Below, piece by piece: positions 38,345-51,052 of a stretch of DNA of 64,000 nt (positions are counted from its first letter, which is position 1; the number at the start of each line of letters is the position of its first letter). This DNA is from Ranitomeya imitator. Taxonomy: Eukaryota. The stretch lies in NCBI RefSeq assembly GCF_032444005.1, contig NC_091282.1, forward strand, positions 174,282,001 through 174,346,000, given 5' to 3'. The notes under the pieces are model-generated. The model made no database searches and was not told where the DNA came from. It saw only the letters and a program-made list of their open reading frames with translations. Position numbers and translations under genes: made by a program.

Positions 38345-41267
38345 TGAAAAACACGGGTATTACTTACCTGGTAATGTGTTTTTTCAGGAGACATGACAGC
38401 AGCACGAGAGAGGGGATCTGCCCTTCAAAGACAGGAAACCTTCAAGATAAAAGGGGCGGCTCCTCTCTCCACATCAGTTGTTTTACAAAGTACGAGAGGA
38501 ACTCCACCGGTTAGTGTACACATAAATAATACATCCTATACAGTTCTAATCACCGACACCCAAAGGAGTGTATAATACAAATAATGCACCCAACTAATGA
38601 CATGATCAAAAGGGTGGGAATATAAGGGTGCCGTCATGTCTCATAAAAAAACACATTACCAGGTATGCAATACCAGTGTTTTTCCATCATACATGACGGC
38701 ACCATGAGAGAGTTACAGAGATTTGTATTCTCTTTAGGGAGGGATCACTGCTTGTAACACTCTTTTCCCAAATGTGAGATCAGAGGTAGCCGATATGTCT
38801 AACCTATAATGTTTAAAAAGTGTAGACGGAGAGGACCAAGTGGCCGCCTTACAGATTTGGTCAATGGTAGCATCTGCTCTCTCCGCCCACGACGTCACCA
38901 TGGCCCTCGTGGTGTGGTCTTTTAGACCCTGTGGAACAGCCCTGCCTGCACTACTATATGCTAGAATAATGGCCTTTCTCACCCATCTAGCCATAGTTAG
39001 TTTTGAGGCTTTAAGGCCCTTTCTCGACCCCTGGAGTGAAACAAATAAAGCCCTCTGTCTCCTCCAAGATTTTGTTGTCTCTAAATACTGCAAGATACAT
39101 CTCCTGACATCTAGGCAATGGAGTCTCTCCTCTTTCTTGCTGCTAGGACTAGGACAGAAAGAGGGTAGGGTTATATCCTGAGCCCTATGAAATCTCGATA
39201 CCACTTTGGGGAGATATGCCGGATCTAACTTTAATACAACTCTATCATCCATAATTTGGGTGTAGGGAGGATCTGCCGATAACGCGTGTAAATCCCCAAC
39301 CCTATGGGTTCATGTAAGTGCCACTAATAAAGCTGTTTTTTATGTTAGTACTTTATCTGATGTTGCATTTAAGGGCTCAAAGGGGCTTTCTGTCAAAGCT
39401 GTCAACACTAGATTAAGATCTCATGGTGGAGGAGTAGGGGATGGAACAGAGTCAGCTCTACTACAGGCTCGGATAAACCTCATCTCCCACATATTGTTTG
39501 CCAAGTCACAGTTGAATAAGGCTCCTAAAGCTGAAATGTGCAATTTGAGGGTACTAACAGCCAATCCCAGATCTAAGCCCTTTTGCAGGAACTCCAGTAA
39601 TGCCACTATCGGGACCTCCCCTTCCCGTATTGGCCCTGAGCTGGACAAGAATTTTTTCAATATTCTCTCTTAAATCTTGGTCGTTGCTGGTTTTCTGCTA
39701 CTAAGTAAGGTGGAAATTAAACCAGCTGAGAACCCTTTTTTCTCTAACAACAACCTCTCAAATGCCAGGCTGTCAAATGTAGCATGGAATTCTGTGGGTG
39801 GCTGAAGGGACCCTGTGTTAGAAGTTCCTGGTCTTCCAGGAGTACCCATGGGTCCATCACTGACATCACTCTCAGCCAGTAAAACCATGGTCTTTTAGGT
39901 CAAAAGGGAGCTATTACAATTACCCTGGCCTTGTCCTCCCTGATCTTCTTCATAACTGCTGGGATTAGACATATCGGTGGGAAGGCATTCAAGAGTCCTG
40001 TTGTCCATGCTATGCTGAAGGCGTCTACTGCCAATGGCCTGTCTGCTGGATTTAGGGAGCAGAACTTCTGAACTTTTTTGTTGGCTTTTGAGGCAAAGAG
40101 GTCTACACTGGGTCTTCCCTACATGTTCTGTTGAAAAATTGACCTTTTTAGGGACCATTACCCTTACCTTAAGTGGTTCCTGCTTAGAAAGTCTGCCTTT
40201 ATATTGTCCACACCTTGAATATGCAGGGCCAATAAAGAGAGGAAATGTCTTTCGGCTAGAGTCATGAGTCTTTTGGTTATGTGCATCAATGATCGAGAAT
40301 GGGTGCCCCCTTGGTGGTTTACATATGCGACCGCTGTTTGGTTGTCCGATAGGACTCTCACATGATGCCCTGTTAAGTGTGGAAGTAACCTCCTTAGCGC
40401 TTTTTCAATTGTTAGGAGTTCCCACTCATTTGAGGATAGATTATTTTCCTCCTGAGCCCAGGGGTCTAGGACCCATAATGTGTCTGAGTGAGCTCCCCAC
40501 CTCCAAGGACTGGGGACTCCTCTCAGAGATGACTCAATCTGTAACCACCATCTAAGTGATTGGAGTACAGAGACTGGGAGAATGAGCTTCTGCTCTAGCT
40601 GCCCCTGAAGTTCCTGGTCGTTGTGCAGCACACGCTATTGCAGTTCTCTTGTATGGAACTGGGCCCATTTTACTGCCGTTATGCAGGAGGTTAGGGACCC
40701 TAACACCAACATGGCTCTTCTTAAATTCATCTCTGTTTTTTTTTTTATTGTTGTTACAATCATTTGTTTGATTTTCTCCTCTTTTTCCTTTCGGAGGCCA
40801 CACTCTTGCACCACTGAGTCTATTGTTATCCCCAGGAGATTCTGGACCCTTGCTGGCTCCAGTTTGGATTTTTTGAGGTTCAGTTACCATCCTAGTGTCC
40901 GTAGAGTCTCCATCATTATTCTGACCTGCTCCTGACAGTGAGAAAAATGTTTCCCCACTATCAGGAAGTCATCTAGATAAGGTATTATCAGAATATCTTT
41001 CTCTCTGTGGTGTGCTGTGATCTCTGCAATCAGTTTTCTAAATACTTGTGGGGCTATTGCTATCCCAAAGGGCAGAGCTCTGTACTGAAAGAGGCGTAGC
41101 TGGGACACCATCTGAACTGCCACCCTGAGAAACTTGCGATCTTTCTGTCTGATTGGGATGTGGTAATAAGCGTACTTTAGGTCTAGGACTGACATGTAAC
41201 ATTGAGGATATAGAAGTTTCACTGCTGATTTTATTGTTTCCATTTTGAACATTTCATTCCATTCCAT
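38345..41267 (-). mobile_element. DIRS1-like tyrosine-recombinase retrotransposon, 5'-truncated
   Basis: RT, RNase H, methyltransferase-like and YR segments lie in DIRS order. At the 3' end, 38347-38405 is inverted at about 38628-38686 (terminal repeat / ICR arrangement). Confidence 0.9.
38734..39660 (-). pseudogene. DIRS tyrosine recombinase (fragmented)
   Basis: LLEFLQKGLDLGLAVSTLKLHISAL (N-terminal), and LDVRRCI..LFVS..ASKLTMARWVR..HTTRAM..ICKAATWSSPSTLFKHYRLD (catalytic region). Confidence 0.9.
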
Positions 41268-41273
41268 TTTCAA
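39900..41273 (-). pseudogene. DIRS RT-RNase H-methyltransferase-like ORF (fragmented)
   Basis: LDLKYAYYHIPI..FQYRALPFG..IPYLDDFLI (RT), SDNQTAVAYVNHQGGT..NIKADFLSR (RNase H), and VDLFAS..DAF..NAFPP..IAPF*PKRPW (MT-like, translated by hand). Confidence 0.88.
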
Positions 41274-42332
41274 CAGCTGACATGTGCCTGCAATAGCGGC
41301 GGGTGAAATCGCGATTCTCCCGCCACTATTAACTAGTTAAATGCTGCTATCAAACGCTGACAGCGGCATTTAGCCGGGTGGCCGGAAATGAGTGCATCGC
41401 TGACCCCGTCACATGATCGGGGGTCAGCGACGCTTCTGTATAGTAATCATAGAGGTCATTGAGACCTCTATGGTTACTGATCCCCGGTAGCTGTGAAAGC
41501 CACCCTGTGGTCAGCGCTCATAGCACACCTGCATTTCTGCTATCTGATATTGCTGCTATGTAGTAGAGGTGATCGAGTTGTGCCAGCTTCTAGCCTCCTA
41601 TGGAGGCTATTGAAGCATAGCAAAAGTAAAAAAAAAGTAAAAAAAAGTAAAAAAATAAAAAAAATATAAAAGTTTAAATCACCCCTCTTTCGCCCCATTC
41701 AAAATAAATCAATAAAAAAAATCAAACCTACACATATTTGGTATTGCCCCGTTCAGAATCGCCCGATCAATCAATAGAAAAAAGCATTAACCTGATCGCT
41801 AAACAGCGTAGCGAGAAAAAAATTTGAAATGCCAGAATTACGTTTTTTTGGTCGCCGCGACATTGCATTAAAATATAATAACGGGCGATCAAAAGAACAT
41901 ATCTGCACCAAAATTGTATCATTAAAAACGCCAGCTCGGCATGCAAAAAATAAGCCCTAAACCGACCCCAGATCATGAAAAATGGAGACGCTACGGGTAT
42001 CGGAAAATGGCGCAATTTTTTTTTAAGCAAAGTTTGGAATTTTTTTTCACCACTTTGATAAAAAGTAACCTAGTCATGTTAAGTGCCTATGAACTCGTAA
42101 TGACCTGGAGAATCATACTAGCAGGCCAGTTTTAGCATTTAGTGAACGTATCAAAAAAGCCAAACAAAAAACAAGTGTGGGACTGCACTTTTTTTGCAAT
42201 TTCACCGCACTTGGAAATTTTTTCCCGTTTTCTAGTACATGACATGCTAAAACCAATGATGTCGTTCAAAAGTACAACTAGTTTTGCAAAATATAAGCCC
42301 TCACATGGCCATATTAACAGAAAAATAAAAAA

Positions 42333-42740
42333 TGCATGTAGAGAGCTGCGGAGACACCATCACGTGTTTCTCAACACAGGCAGTGAATAGCCAGGCCTTT
42401 CCCCGCGAAGGAACAACCAAGGTAAGGACAGCATGTAATAAAGGAAAACATCCAATAAAGGAAAACCACCTATGCCAAGCATGGTATCCATCCACAGACA
42501 GCTGTTTTGGGGTTTTTGCCCCTCATCAGTGTGGAGTAGGAAACTGGCTATCAGGAGCAGTGCCTAGTAGAAAGTCTATAAAGGCACGGATGATTGACCT
42601 CGTGGAGACCAAAACATCCAACACCGCGGAGACACGATCACGTGTTTCTCAACGCAGTGATCTTGAGAAACACGTGATGGTGTCTCCGCAGTGTTGGATG
42701 TTTTGGTCTCCACGAAGTCAATCATCCGTGCCTTTATAGA
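42333..42740 (-). mobile_element. 408-bp retrozyme/mini-PLE-like insertion with hammerhead and terminal hairpin
   Basis: 12-bp TSD aaaaataaaaaa (42321-42332, 42741-42752), present once in the uninterrupted paralogues. Partial direct repeat at a 278-bp period, 77-bp inverted arms, and an HHR at 42491-42535. Confidence 0.8.
42491..42535 (-). ncRNA. Type I hammerhead ribozyme with G12A substitution
   Basis: Minus strand: TCCACA-CTGATGA-GGGG-CAAAAA-CCCC-AAAAC-AGCT-GTC-TGTGGA. All stems pair and stem III (ACAGCTGT) is palindromic. The only core deviation is G12 to A at 42508. Confidence 0.85.
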
Positions 42741-43780
42741 AAAAATAAAAAAGTTATGGCTCTGGGAAGGAGGGGAGCGAAAAACGAACACGGAAAAATG
42801 GAAAATCCCAAGGTCATGAAGGGGTTAAATGACAAGGTTTGTTCAAACTTTTGGTCTGTACTGTATGTTAAAGCATTCCAGAGTTATTACCTTACCACAT
42901 GATGTAACACGTCAGATTTGAAAATTGGGGCTCTGTCATTAAGCTCAAAATTTTCTCCATCACTAATTGGTTAATTTGAAGTTTGTGTGTAGCTTACATT
43001 GCAAGTGCAGCATCCACATTTATTCATACAAGAACAGCAAATGAGGGTTTGTCAGCAATCACAAACGAAATAGCAAAATGACATTCATCGGGTAATTGGA
43101 TCTTTTTTACTTGAACAAAAATCATTTTTCTCGGCAGCACATCACTCGATGTTAACAGAAGATATGCTGCTGATAACATGATGTGTATCTTGACAGAATG
43201 ATTTAATAGTGATCATTTTTACCCCATCATTCTTCGTCAGCCTCGGTAAAAAGACTGCTAAATAAGCATTGAACAACTTAAATATAGTTAATTGGTGCTT
43301 GCTTAACCAGCTGAGATTAGCTTGTGTAATTGCATCATATGTTTATCCGTGATGATGCAGTATGTTAGCATTTGGTGCCCCACTTTTAATTTTGGCCCAA
43401 GGCCACATTTTGCCTAAAATCAGCTCTCTACCAACATAAAAATTCTTACAGACAAAAGAAACCTCTTCATGATGTCATTCTGCAAACATTTTTGTATGAT
43501 GTCAGTCATGAGCGCACAGCACCACCCAGCTGCACATCTACTATGTATGAATCTAAACGTCAGTCGCCATCCTCATAAATGTTTAGCAGATGTCTTTAAA
43601 GGATCTAATGCTGTTTTCAAACTGTATTGGGTATGTGTGTTGTGTATGTGCTTGTTGTGTGTGTCCTTTATATGAAAAGATATCCACTGTACTTAATTGA
43701 TTAGTGGTTTGTCGACTTCCTGGGAAAGCAGTGTGGATGTTAAGTGGTCATAATCACATTTCATTGTTAATATTTATTAA

Positions 43781-44500
43781 TAGGGTTGAGCGAAATGGGT
43801 CGGCCATTTTCAGAAGTCACCGACCTTTGGCAAAGTCGGGTTTCATGAAACCCGACCCGATCCCTGTGTGGGGTCGACCATGAGGTCGGCGATCTTCGCG
43901 CAAAAGTCGCGTTTCATTCCGATACCGCAAGTATCGGATATCGGCCGATATTTGCGGTATCGGAATCCATATTTATGTGTAAAATAAAGAATAAAAATAA
44001 AAAATAGGGATATACTCACCCTCGGATGCACCCTCGTACTAACCGCTGTAACCGGCAGCTTCCATTCCTAAGAATGAGCGCGTGAAGGACCTTCGATGAT
44101 GTCGCGGCTTGTGATTGGTCGCGTGAGCGGTCACATGAGCGGTCACGCGACCAATCACAAGCCGTGACGTCATCGAAGGTCCTTCACGCGCTCAGTCTTA
44201 GGAAGGAAGGCTGCCGGTTAGTACCAGAGCGCGGACGAGGGTGAGTATATCCCTATTTTTTATTTTTATTCTTTATTTTACACATAAATATGGATCCCAG
44301 GGCCTGAAGGAGAGTTTCCTCTCCTTCTGACCCTGGGAACCATTAGTATCCCATTGCATTGCATTGGGTTTCGTGTTTCGGCCGACCCCGACCCCGACTT
44401 TTTAATAGGATCGGCCGATTTCACTCGACCCGACTTTTGAGAAAGTCGGGTTTCGTGAAACCCGACTCGACCCTAAAAAAACAAAAGTCGCTCAACCCTA
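43781..44500. mobile_element. hAT-type MITE, complete
   Basis: TIRs tagggttgagcga / tcgctcaacccta, with TSD tttattaa / tttattac (7/8) and a palindromic core. Confidence 0.9.
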
Positions 44501-45994
44501 TTTATTACTTTTAAAATGAGATATTGCTATGTCCATTTGCAGACTAAATATACAGTGTAAAGAGTGTACTTAAGTAAGCGAAATCTAAGCCACAGGCCAC
44601 GGCACCACAGATGAGAAGCAGATGCATCTAACAGAACTTTGCCTTGAGATCTCTATGCAGAGGCTTTGATGGATTAGCACTTAAATTTAGAAGCACCAAA
44701 ATAATATCTTCCTGGCTTCTGAAAGGTTTAGATTGAACTGATTACAAGAATGTGGATTCAAGACACAAGCAGCACTCAGAAGCCCCTAAAGGATCAAAAG
44801 GCCATAATTTATCATCAGTGCTCACTGTAAAGCAAGCACCAGGTACATGCCACATCCCAGTCATCTAGTGTTAAGGATGAAGCCTGATTATTTATACATA
44901 AGTCAAGAATCTTGTCAAAATATTGCTCTTGCAGTTCGGCTTCTATGATAACATTCACAGGGAGATTTCTTCCATGTGTAAATAGGCTGCAATGTTTAAG
45001 TTAATATAAAGTGTGTTCTTGTCAACGTTATAATTGAATCCTTAGGTATGCCACAAGAAATGAAGGCTTGGAAGATGACTTGAGTAAGTTTGTGCTTGTC
45101 ATCATTCTCATGACTGCAAATATTTAAATTTGTAGCACGTGATCAGATTCTTAAAATGGACATAAGCCATGAAATGGGGGGGCACTAAAAGGCTGAGATA
45201 AATTCGCCTTGAAAAGTTAATTACACATCTGCTTTGTTTTACTGTGGAAATATGATGTGACAGATTATTCTTGTTGAGCCAAGAAGAGGGAACAGTTTGA
45301 AAGTGCAAGGAGCAAAGCACAAAGGGAAATGCCACATATGCATTTTCCCCCTGTTAAGGAATACATTTATCTGCTCTTTAATTAATAATGCTCTGAATGA
45401 AACCGGGACAGTGATTAATAGCATGCTCTTATGCATCATAAGCCCTGTAAGAGTAATGTTTTCTGATATATTACATGGCATTACTTTAAACTATAAAGCT
45501 CTTTCTCTAATTCACTGACCATCACTTTGGCCATTAATACAAAATGATAACAATTTCCACTTATTTCCAATGAATGGATGCCTGTGAAAAGAGAGACATA
45601 TTTTGTTCTGAGGGGAATGTCATGCCTCTCAGACATCCAATGCTTTAGTGTACATTCATTCATATATTTTCATAGGTCTGAGTATAGATTAGGTTCTCAG
45701 TAAGTAGTGCCTGGGGTTCATCAATGCATACATACTTTAGATCTGCAGTATCTTGTTACAATGGTATATTGAGGACCTTAAATTGGGAGACATATCTGAA
45801 AGTGTTATAAAAACAAATCAAATCAAGCAAATAATGTCTGTATTAGAAATCTGTTATAATTCAATTAAAGAGCAGTGCAGTATAACATGTTGTTAATGTG
45901 AATGTACTAATGAAAAAAACAGCATTGCAGCAAGGCTGGAAAGTCAACAAATAAAAACTGATTGTTTGCAAACTGGGGTAAAGCTTTCCTTTAA

Positions 45995-46337
45995 AGGGAA
46001 TCTGTTATCAGGTTTTGATAAAGTGGGGGAAGAGACCCTGAGTCCAGCGATGTATCACTTACTGGGCTGCTTGCTATGGTTTTCATAAAATCCCTGTTTT
46101 ATCTGCAGATTTACCATTTCGCTGAGCTCTGCATAACCCTGGCCACACCACTGATTGACAGCTTTCTATGTACACGGTGCATAGGCAGAAAGTTGCCAAT
46201 CAGTGGTGGGGGTGGGGTTATACATAGTTCATGAATATGAAGGACTACAGGGCAGCAGGCCAACTAGTCCTCTAAAAATAAGCGCATGCTGACAAACAGT
46301 GATTATATGCAAGTAGCAAGTAGCCCAGTAAATGATA
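45995..46337. mobile_element. Kolobok-type MITE fragment, cut by a Tc1 insertion
   Basis: TTAA|AGGGAATCTGT left end. No right end is seen after the Tc1. Confidence 0.55.
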
Positions 46338-47608
46338 CAGTGGGTACGGAAAGTATTCAGACCCCTTTAAATTTTTCACTTTTTGTTTCATTGCAGCCAT
46401 TTGGTAAAATCAAAAAAGTTCATTTTTTCTCATTAATGTGCACTCTGCACCCCATCTTGACTGAAAAAACAGAAATGTAGACATTTTTGCATATTTATTA
46501 AAAAGTAAAATTGAAATATCACATAGTCATAAGTATTCAGACCCTTTGCTCAGACACTCATATTTAAGTCACATGCTGTCCGTTTCCTTTTGATCTTCCC
46601 TGAGATGGTTCTACTCCATCATTGGAGTCCATCTGTGTTTAATTAAACTGATAGGACTTGATTTGGAAAGACACACACTTGTCTATATAAGACCTCACAG
46701 CTCACAGTGCATGTCAGACCAAATGAGAATCATGAGGTCAAAGGAACTGGCCAATAGCTCTGAATTGTGGCAAGGCACAGATCTGGCCAAGGTTACAAAA
46801 GAATTTCTGCAATACTCATGCTTGCTAAGAGCACAGTGACCTCCATAATAATTAAATGGAAGATGTTTGGGACCACCAGAAGTCTTCCTAGACCTGGCTG
46901 TCCAGCCAAACTGAGCAATCACAGGAGAAGAGCCGTAGTGAGAGAGGTAAAGAAAAAACCCAAAATCACTGTAGCTGAGCTCAAGAGATGCAGTAGGGAG
47001 ATGGTAGAAAGTTCCACAAAGTCAACTATCACTGCAACCCTCCATTAATTAGGCCTTTATGGCAGAGTGGCCCAACGGAAGCCTCTCCTCAGTACAAGAT
47101 ATATGAAAGACCACATAGAATTTGCTAAAAAACACATTAAGGATTTCCAGACTATGAGAAATAAGATTCTCTGGTCTGATGAGATGAAGATAGACCTTTT
47201 TGGTGATAATTCTAAGCAGTATGTGTGGAGAAAACCAGGCACTGCTCACTACCTGCCCAATACAATCCCAATAGTGAAACATGGTGGTGGCAGTATCATG
47301 CTATGGGGGTGTTTTTCAGCTGCATGGACAGGACGCCTGGCTGCCATTGAAGGAAACATGAATGCGGCCAAGTACAGAGATATCCTGGATGAAAACCTCT
47401 TCCAGAGTGCTCGGGACCTCAGACATGGCTGAAGGTTCACCTTCCAACAAGACAATGACCCTAAGCACACAGCTAAAATAACAAAGGAGTGGCTTCAGAA
47501 CAACTCTGTGACCATTCTTGACTGGCCCAGCCAGAGCCCTGACCTAAACTCAAATAAGCATCTCTGGAGATACCTGAAAATGGCTGTCCACCAATGTTCA
47601 CCATCCAA
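46338..47608 (+). mobile_element. Tc1 element with decayed transposase, 3'-truncated
   Basis: TA|CAGTGGGTACGGAAAGTATTCAGACCC TIR. Translates as RHRSGQGYKRIS..KSTV..LPRPGCPAKL; [27 protein letters not shown]; FQQDNDPKH; WPSQSPDLN. Contains stops. Confidence 0.9.
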
Positions 47609-47859
47609 TGCAAAAAAACAGACTCATTTTGTTCAGTATGCCAAGCAATTAATGCCTAGCTACTTACATAACACTCCATGATAATTATATTCAAAAAGGA
47701 GAAACACTGGAGTTTTGGGCAAAATTACTATAACAACCTTTATTGAAACAGACCATCAAACATATATTAACAAACAAGATTTAAAAGATGTGATTAAAAA
47801 GGACACCAACACTGGCCGCACTCAGTACTAAATGTAATACTAAAGGCCTTCAATCAACA

Positions 47860-48690
47860 TGATATTTTAAGGACCTCATCACCTACAATGTCCATCCACC
47901 TGCTCCCAAAATTTAATGGAGGGAGGACATTAATCAATATAGCCAAATGGCTGTTGTAGAATCTTCTCTGCGGATACCTCTCCCATACTGCCCCCTTAAC
48001 ACATATGGTCACAAAAATCAACCTATGTTAAGTTGAATAAAAGGGCCATCTCACCCAGACTGAGGCACACAGATGGACGCACCCGGTTATGTTGTCACCG
48101 GAGAGCTGGCACCTTCCAATCAATGTCGCCATTCTTTAAGTGCCATTGTAATGGCCATTTGTTCATGATTTCCGATGGTTTTGCTGAGTCGATGAGTACC
48201 GCTTAGAAAAAAAACACAAGAGACAGGCTTTCCTTAAGAAGTCCATTGTGGAAAGACTGCTTTAGCACCTGTAGAGGAGACATCCACTTCCAGGAAAAAC
48301 TGCTTGTTATGATCGAGGTGGAGTTCTCACAAAGGCCTATTTGATATGTTGGAAGACTCATACGGCTTAGTCAGACCAAAACTTGGCATTTTTGGTTAAG
48401 GCAGAAATGAGGGCTATAAGGAACTAGTGTGGAATAAATTGTCTGTAGAAGGTTGCAAAACTCATGAAGCACAGGGTGGCATGCAAATTATGAGGACAAG
48501 GCCAGGAGATAATGGCGTAAACCTTCTCTGGATCTATCTTGAGACCCTGGTTGGAAATAATGTAAACGAGGAAGGGCAAGGAGGTTTTTCAAAGACACAT
48601 TTTGACAACTTGGTAAAGAGATTGTTCTCACAAAGACACTGCCAAATATACAACCATGGAAACAGAGGAGATCCTGGAAGATGTCATTAA
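47860..48690 (-). pseudogene. Gypsy pol (RT/RNase H) fragment
   Basis: Hand translation gives NDIF.DLL, NLFTKLS.CVFEK..PFLVYIISNQGLKIDPEKV, FFLEVDVSSTGA and MALKEWRH*LEGA. Heavily decayed. Confidence 0.75.
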
Positions 48691-48930
48691 TAGAGATGAG
48701 CGAGCACAAAAATGTTTGGATACTCATTGAATGGATCAATTCCTAATGCTCGGGTGCTCGTTTCGAGTAACAAGTATAATAGGAGTCAATAGGAAATCAG
48801 AGCATTTTTCCAGCAGACCCTACAAGAAGGTCTGGGGGGCAGTGAAAATTTTCAAATAGATGAGAAAAGTGCTGAATGGAATGAGAACAGGATTGAGAAG
48901 ACCCTTGGAACGATCTCTGACTCCCAGATC
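48691..48930. mobile_element. hAT-type MITE fragment
   Basis: Starts with the tagagatgagcgag TIR type. No right TIR found. Confidence 0.55.
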
Positions 48931-49117
48931 GCTGATGAGAATACTAGTATGACACTGTTAGTCCACTTCAACGACTGACAATAAGGCATTCAAAATCAAC
49001 AAGAAATTTAATTTTACAGGTAAAAAAGTTAAGAAACATTTTTTACTGTATAATGACTTGTATATAAAGTAAAATGTAAAAAGGATTTTAAAAAATTCTA
49101 ATATAGGTAAACTAAAA

Positions 49118-49325
49118 TTATTATTATTATTTATTTATATAGCACCATTAATTCCATGGTGCTGTACATGAGACGGGGTTACATCAAAATACAAATACCA
49201 CTTATAGTAAGCAAACTAAGAGTGGCGAGGACCCTGCCCTTGCGGACTTACATTCTACAGGATTATGAGGAAGGAGACAGTAGGTCGGGGGTTGCAGTAG
49301 CTCCGATGGTGTTGAGGTGGCCGTG
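49118..49325 (-). mobile_element. L2-type LINE/SINE 3' tail
   Basis: (tta)n tttatttatatagcaccattaattccatggtgctgtac is the reverse of the 31354-31516 tail. Confidence 0.65.
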
Positions 49326-50608
49326 TGATTTTTTTATTAAAAAATGCAACACTTCTGTGTAATTTATGAAGGAAGCAAGAACTGCTCAAAATTAGGGACT
49401 CAGCGGGACTCAGATACATTCTATATTAAACATAAAGGAGGGAATCATACACATTCTGTTCAAATTCTCAAGTGTTATTACTCCTAGAATCATAAAGGCT
49501 ATGTATTAAGTGTGAATTTTGCCAAAAAATACAAGCAGGGTCATCCATACACCCTTGAAGACACCAGCTGTTTTGCCTTATTTAAATATTATGAACAAAG
49601 TGTGGCTGTGGCGCTCCTACACTCATTAATGCTTTACATGAAGTGTAAAGCCAGGAAACAAATTATAAGTAGGGTCATCCATAGACCCTAGAAGGAAATA
49701 ACTAGCGGGTTTCATTCAACTATAGAACACTAAAAACACTTTATGTACTGCTATATTCTGGTGGTGTGTAAAAGTCGAGTCTAAGCCAGGCTTTGCTCAT
49801 TATTATCAGAGTGAGCCTATCAGCAGTTTCTGTTGACAGGCAAAAGCGTCTGTTATGAGTCCCATGTGGCACAAAAATTCCGCTCAGACAAAATGCTGCA
49901 GCAGCACAATACCTCCAAGGCATAGAGGACATCTCATGCCAAGTGTCCAGCTTTGAGACTCAATAGCTGAAAGGTCCAGAGGAATTAGGGAGTAAGCTTG
50001 CTTGGTCAGTCAGGTATTGCTTGACCATCTTTTAAAACTTTTCCATCCTTGTCAAAAATATCTGGTCATTAGGGCATGAACTCTGGGAGGGTGTCATAAA
50101 ATTTACCTTTGACAGTGTACCCCTGCCTCTGCTACCAGATGTGTGTCTCCCTCACCTCTTCTCATTGGTTGGGCAAGGAAGCTTGCCTCCTGCCACTAGC
50201 ATTATCTGATGGGAATTTTTCAACATACTTTCACAATAACCTTTTGGTATAGTACCATTTTAGAATACCTCTCCGCCTCAGGAAGAAGAGATGCAAAGTT
50301 CTCCCATTATCATGGGTCGGGCAGAGTGAACAGCCAGTTCTCTTTTTTGTCCACAATGAATGTAATGAGAGGGTCATGGAAAGAGGCTGTGGTAAATAAA
50401 GTCAGCCATATGTGCCTAGCTCCCTACAGCCAACAGTTCCCTGTCTCCACCATGATGGCGACTCTCTACCTGCTCCTCCTCATTCCCGCACTCACCCCAT
50501 CCACGTAACAGAGACAGGACAAAGGTTGTGTGTCTATGTTAAATATGCTCATTTTGCACATTTATTTAATCAGGACTATTCACCAGGTGCGTTATTCTTA
50601 AAGAAAAA

Positions 50609-51052
50609 TGTCATGATATTTTCATAAAAAATATAGTGGTTTATTGAATTGTTCACAGAAAAAACACATTGCAACAAAACATAAAAATAGATGAAATAGT
50701 TACGAACAGATTGTCCATTTGTTCCTTTCAGCGCTTGTTCCTCTTCGTTTCTGAGATGAAGTAGAAGTCATTTCTTTCATGGAGTAGAATCATGGCTACC
50801 AGCTGTTCATTGCTTGTGTGACTTGTCTGGCATCCATGGAGAATAATGGTGAAGGCAGGAGGTGACCCCCACATGACCAACCTCCTCCCTCCTAAGAGAC
50901 GTTATTTATATGTCCCACAGACCACATGTTCTTTCTATAAGGTGTTAACTTATACTCTGAACTATATATACATGAACAGCTTTTGTAATGTCAGCGAGAG
51001 GCAATCTGTTCAGTACAGAATTGAGAATATGAATAATAATAAATATTTAACA
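50609..51052 (-). mobile_element. 3' LTR of an ERV-like element (444 bp)
   Basis: Minus strand TGTTAAAT...CATGACA, immediately preceded by the purine tract CTCAAAGGGGAAT (51053-51065). TATAAATAA at 50910-50902 and AATAAA at 50645-50640. Confidence 0.75.

Larger units (their letters stand above)
41268..42824 (+). mobile_element. piggyBac-like non-autonomous element, left-truncated, with an insertion
   Basis: Collinear with about 36160-37271 and ends GGTCATGAAGGGG|TTAA. Carries an extra 408-bp insertion at 42333-42740. Confidence 0.85.

Noticed and set aside
40552-40890. Apparent separate ORF or insertion inside the DIRS RT
   Set aside because: Another frame reads LNLKKSKLEP..LLGITIDS, which is ordinary frameshifted DIRS RT sequence.
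49615-49660. Hairpin gctttaca-tgaag-tgtaaagc followed by ggaaac, a possible sixth hammerhead
   Set aside because: The upstream core (ctcatta) has two mismatches, and no stem I, stem III or UH site could be assigned.
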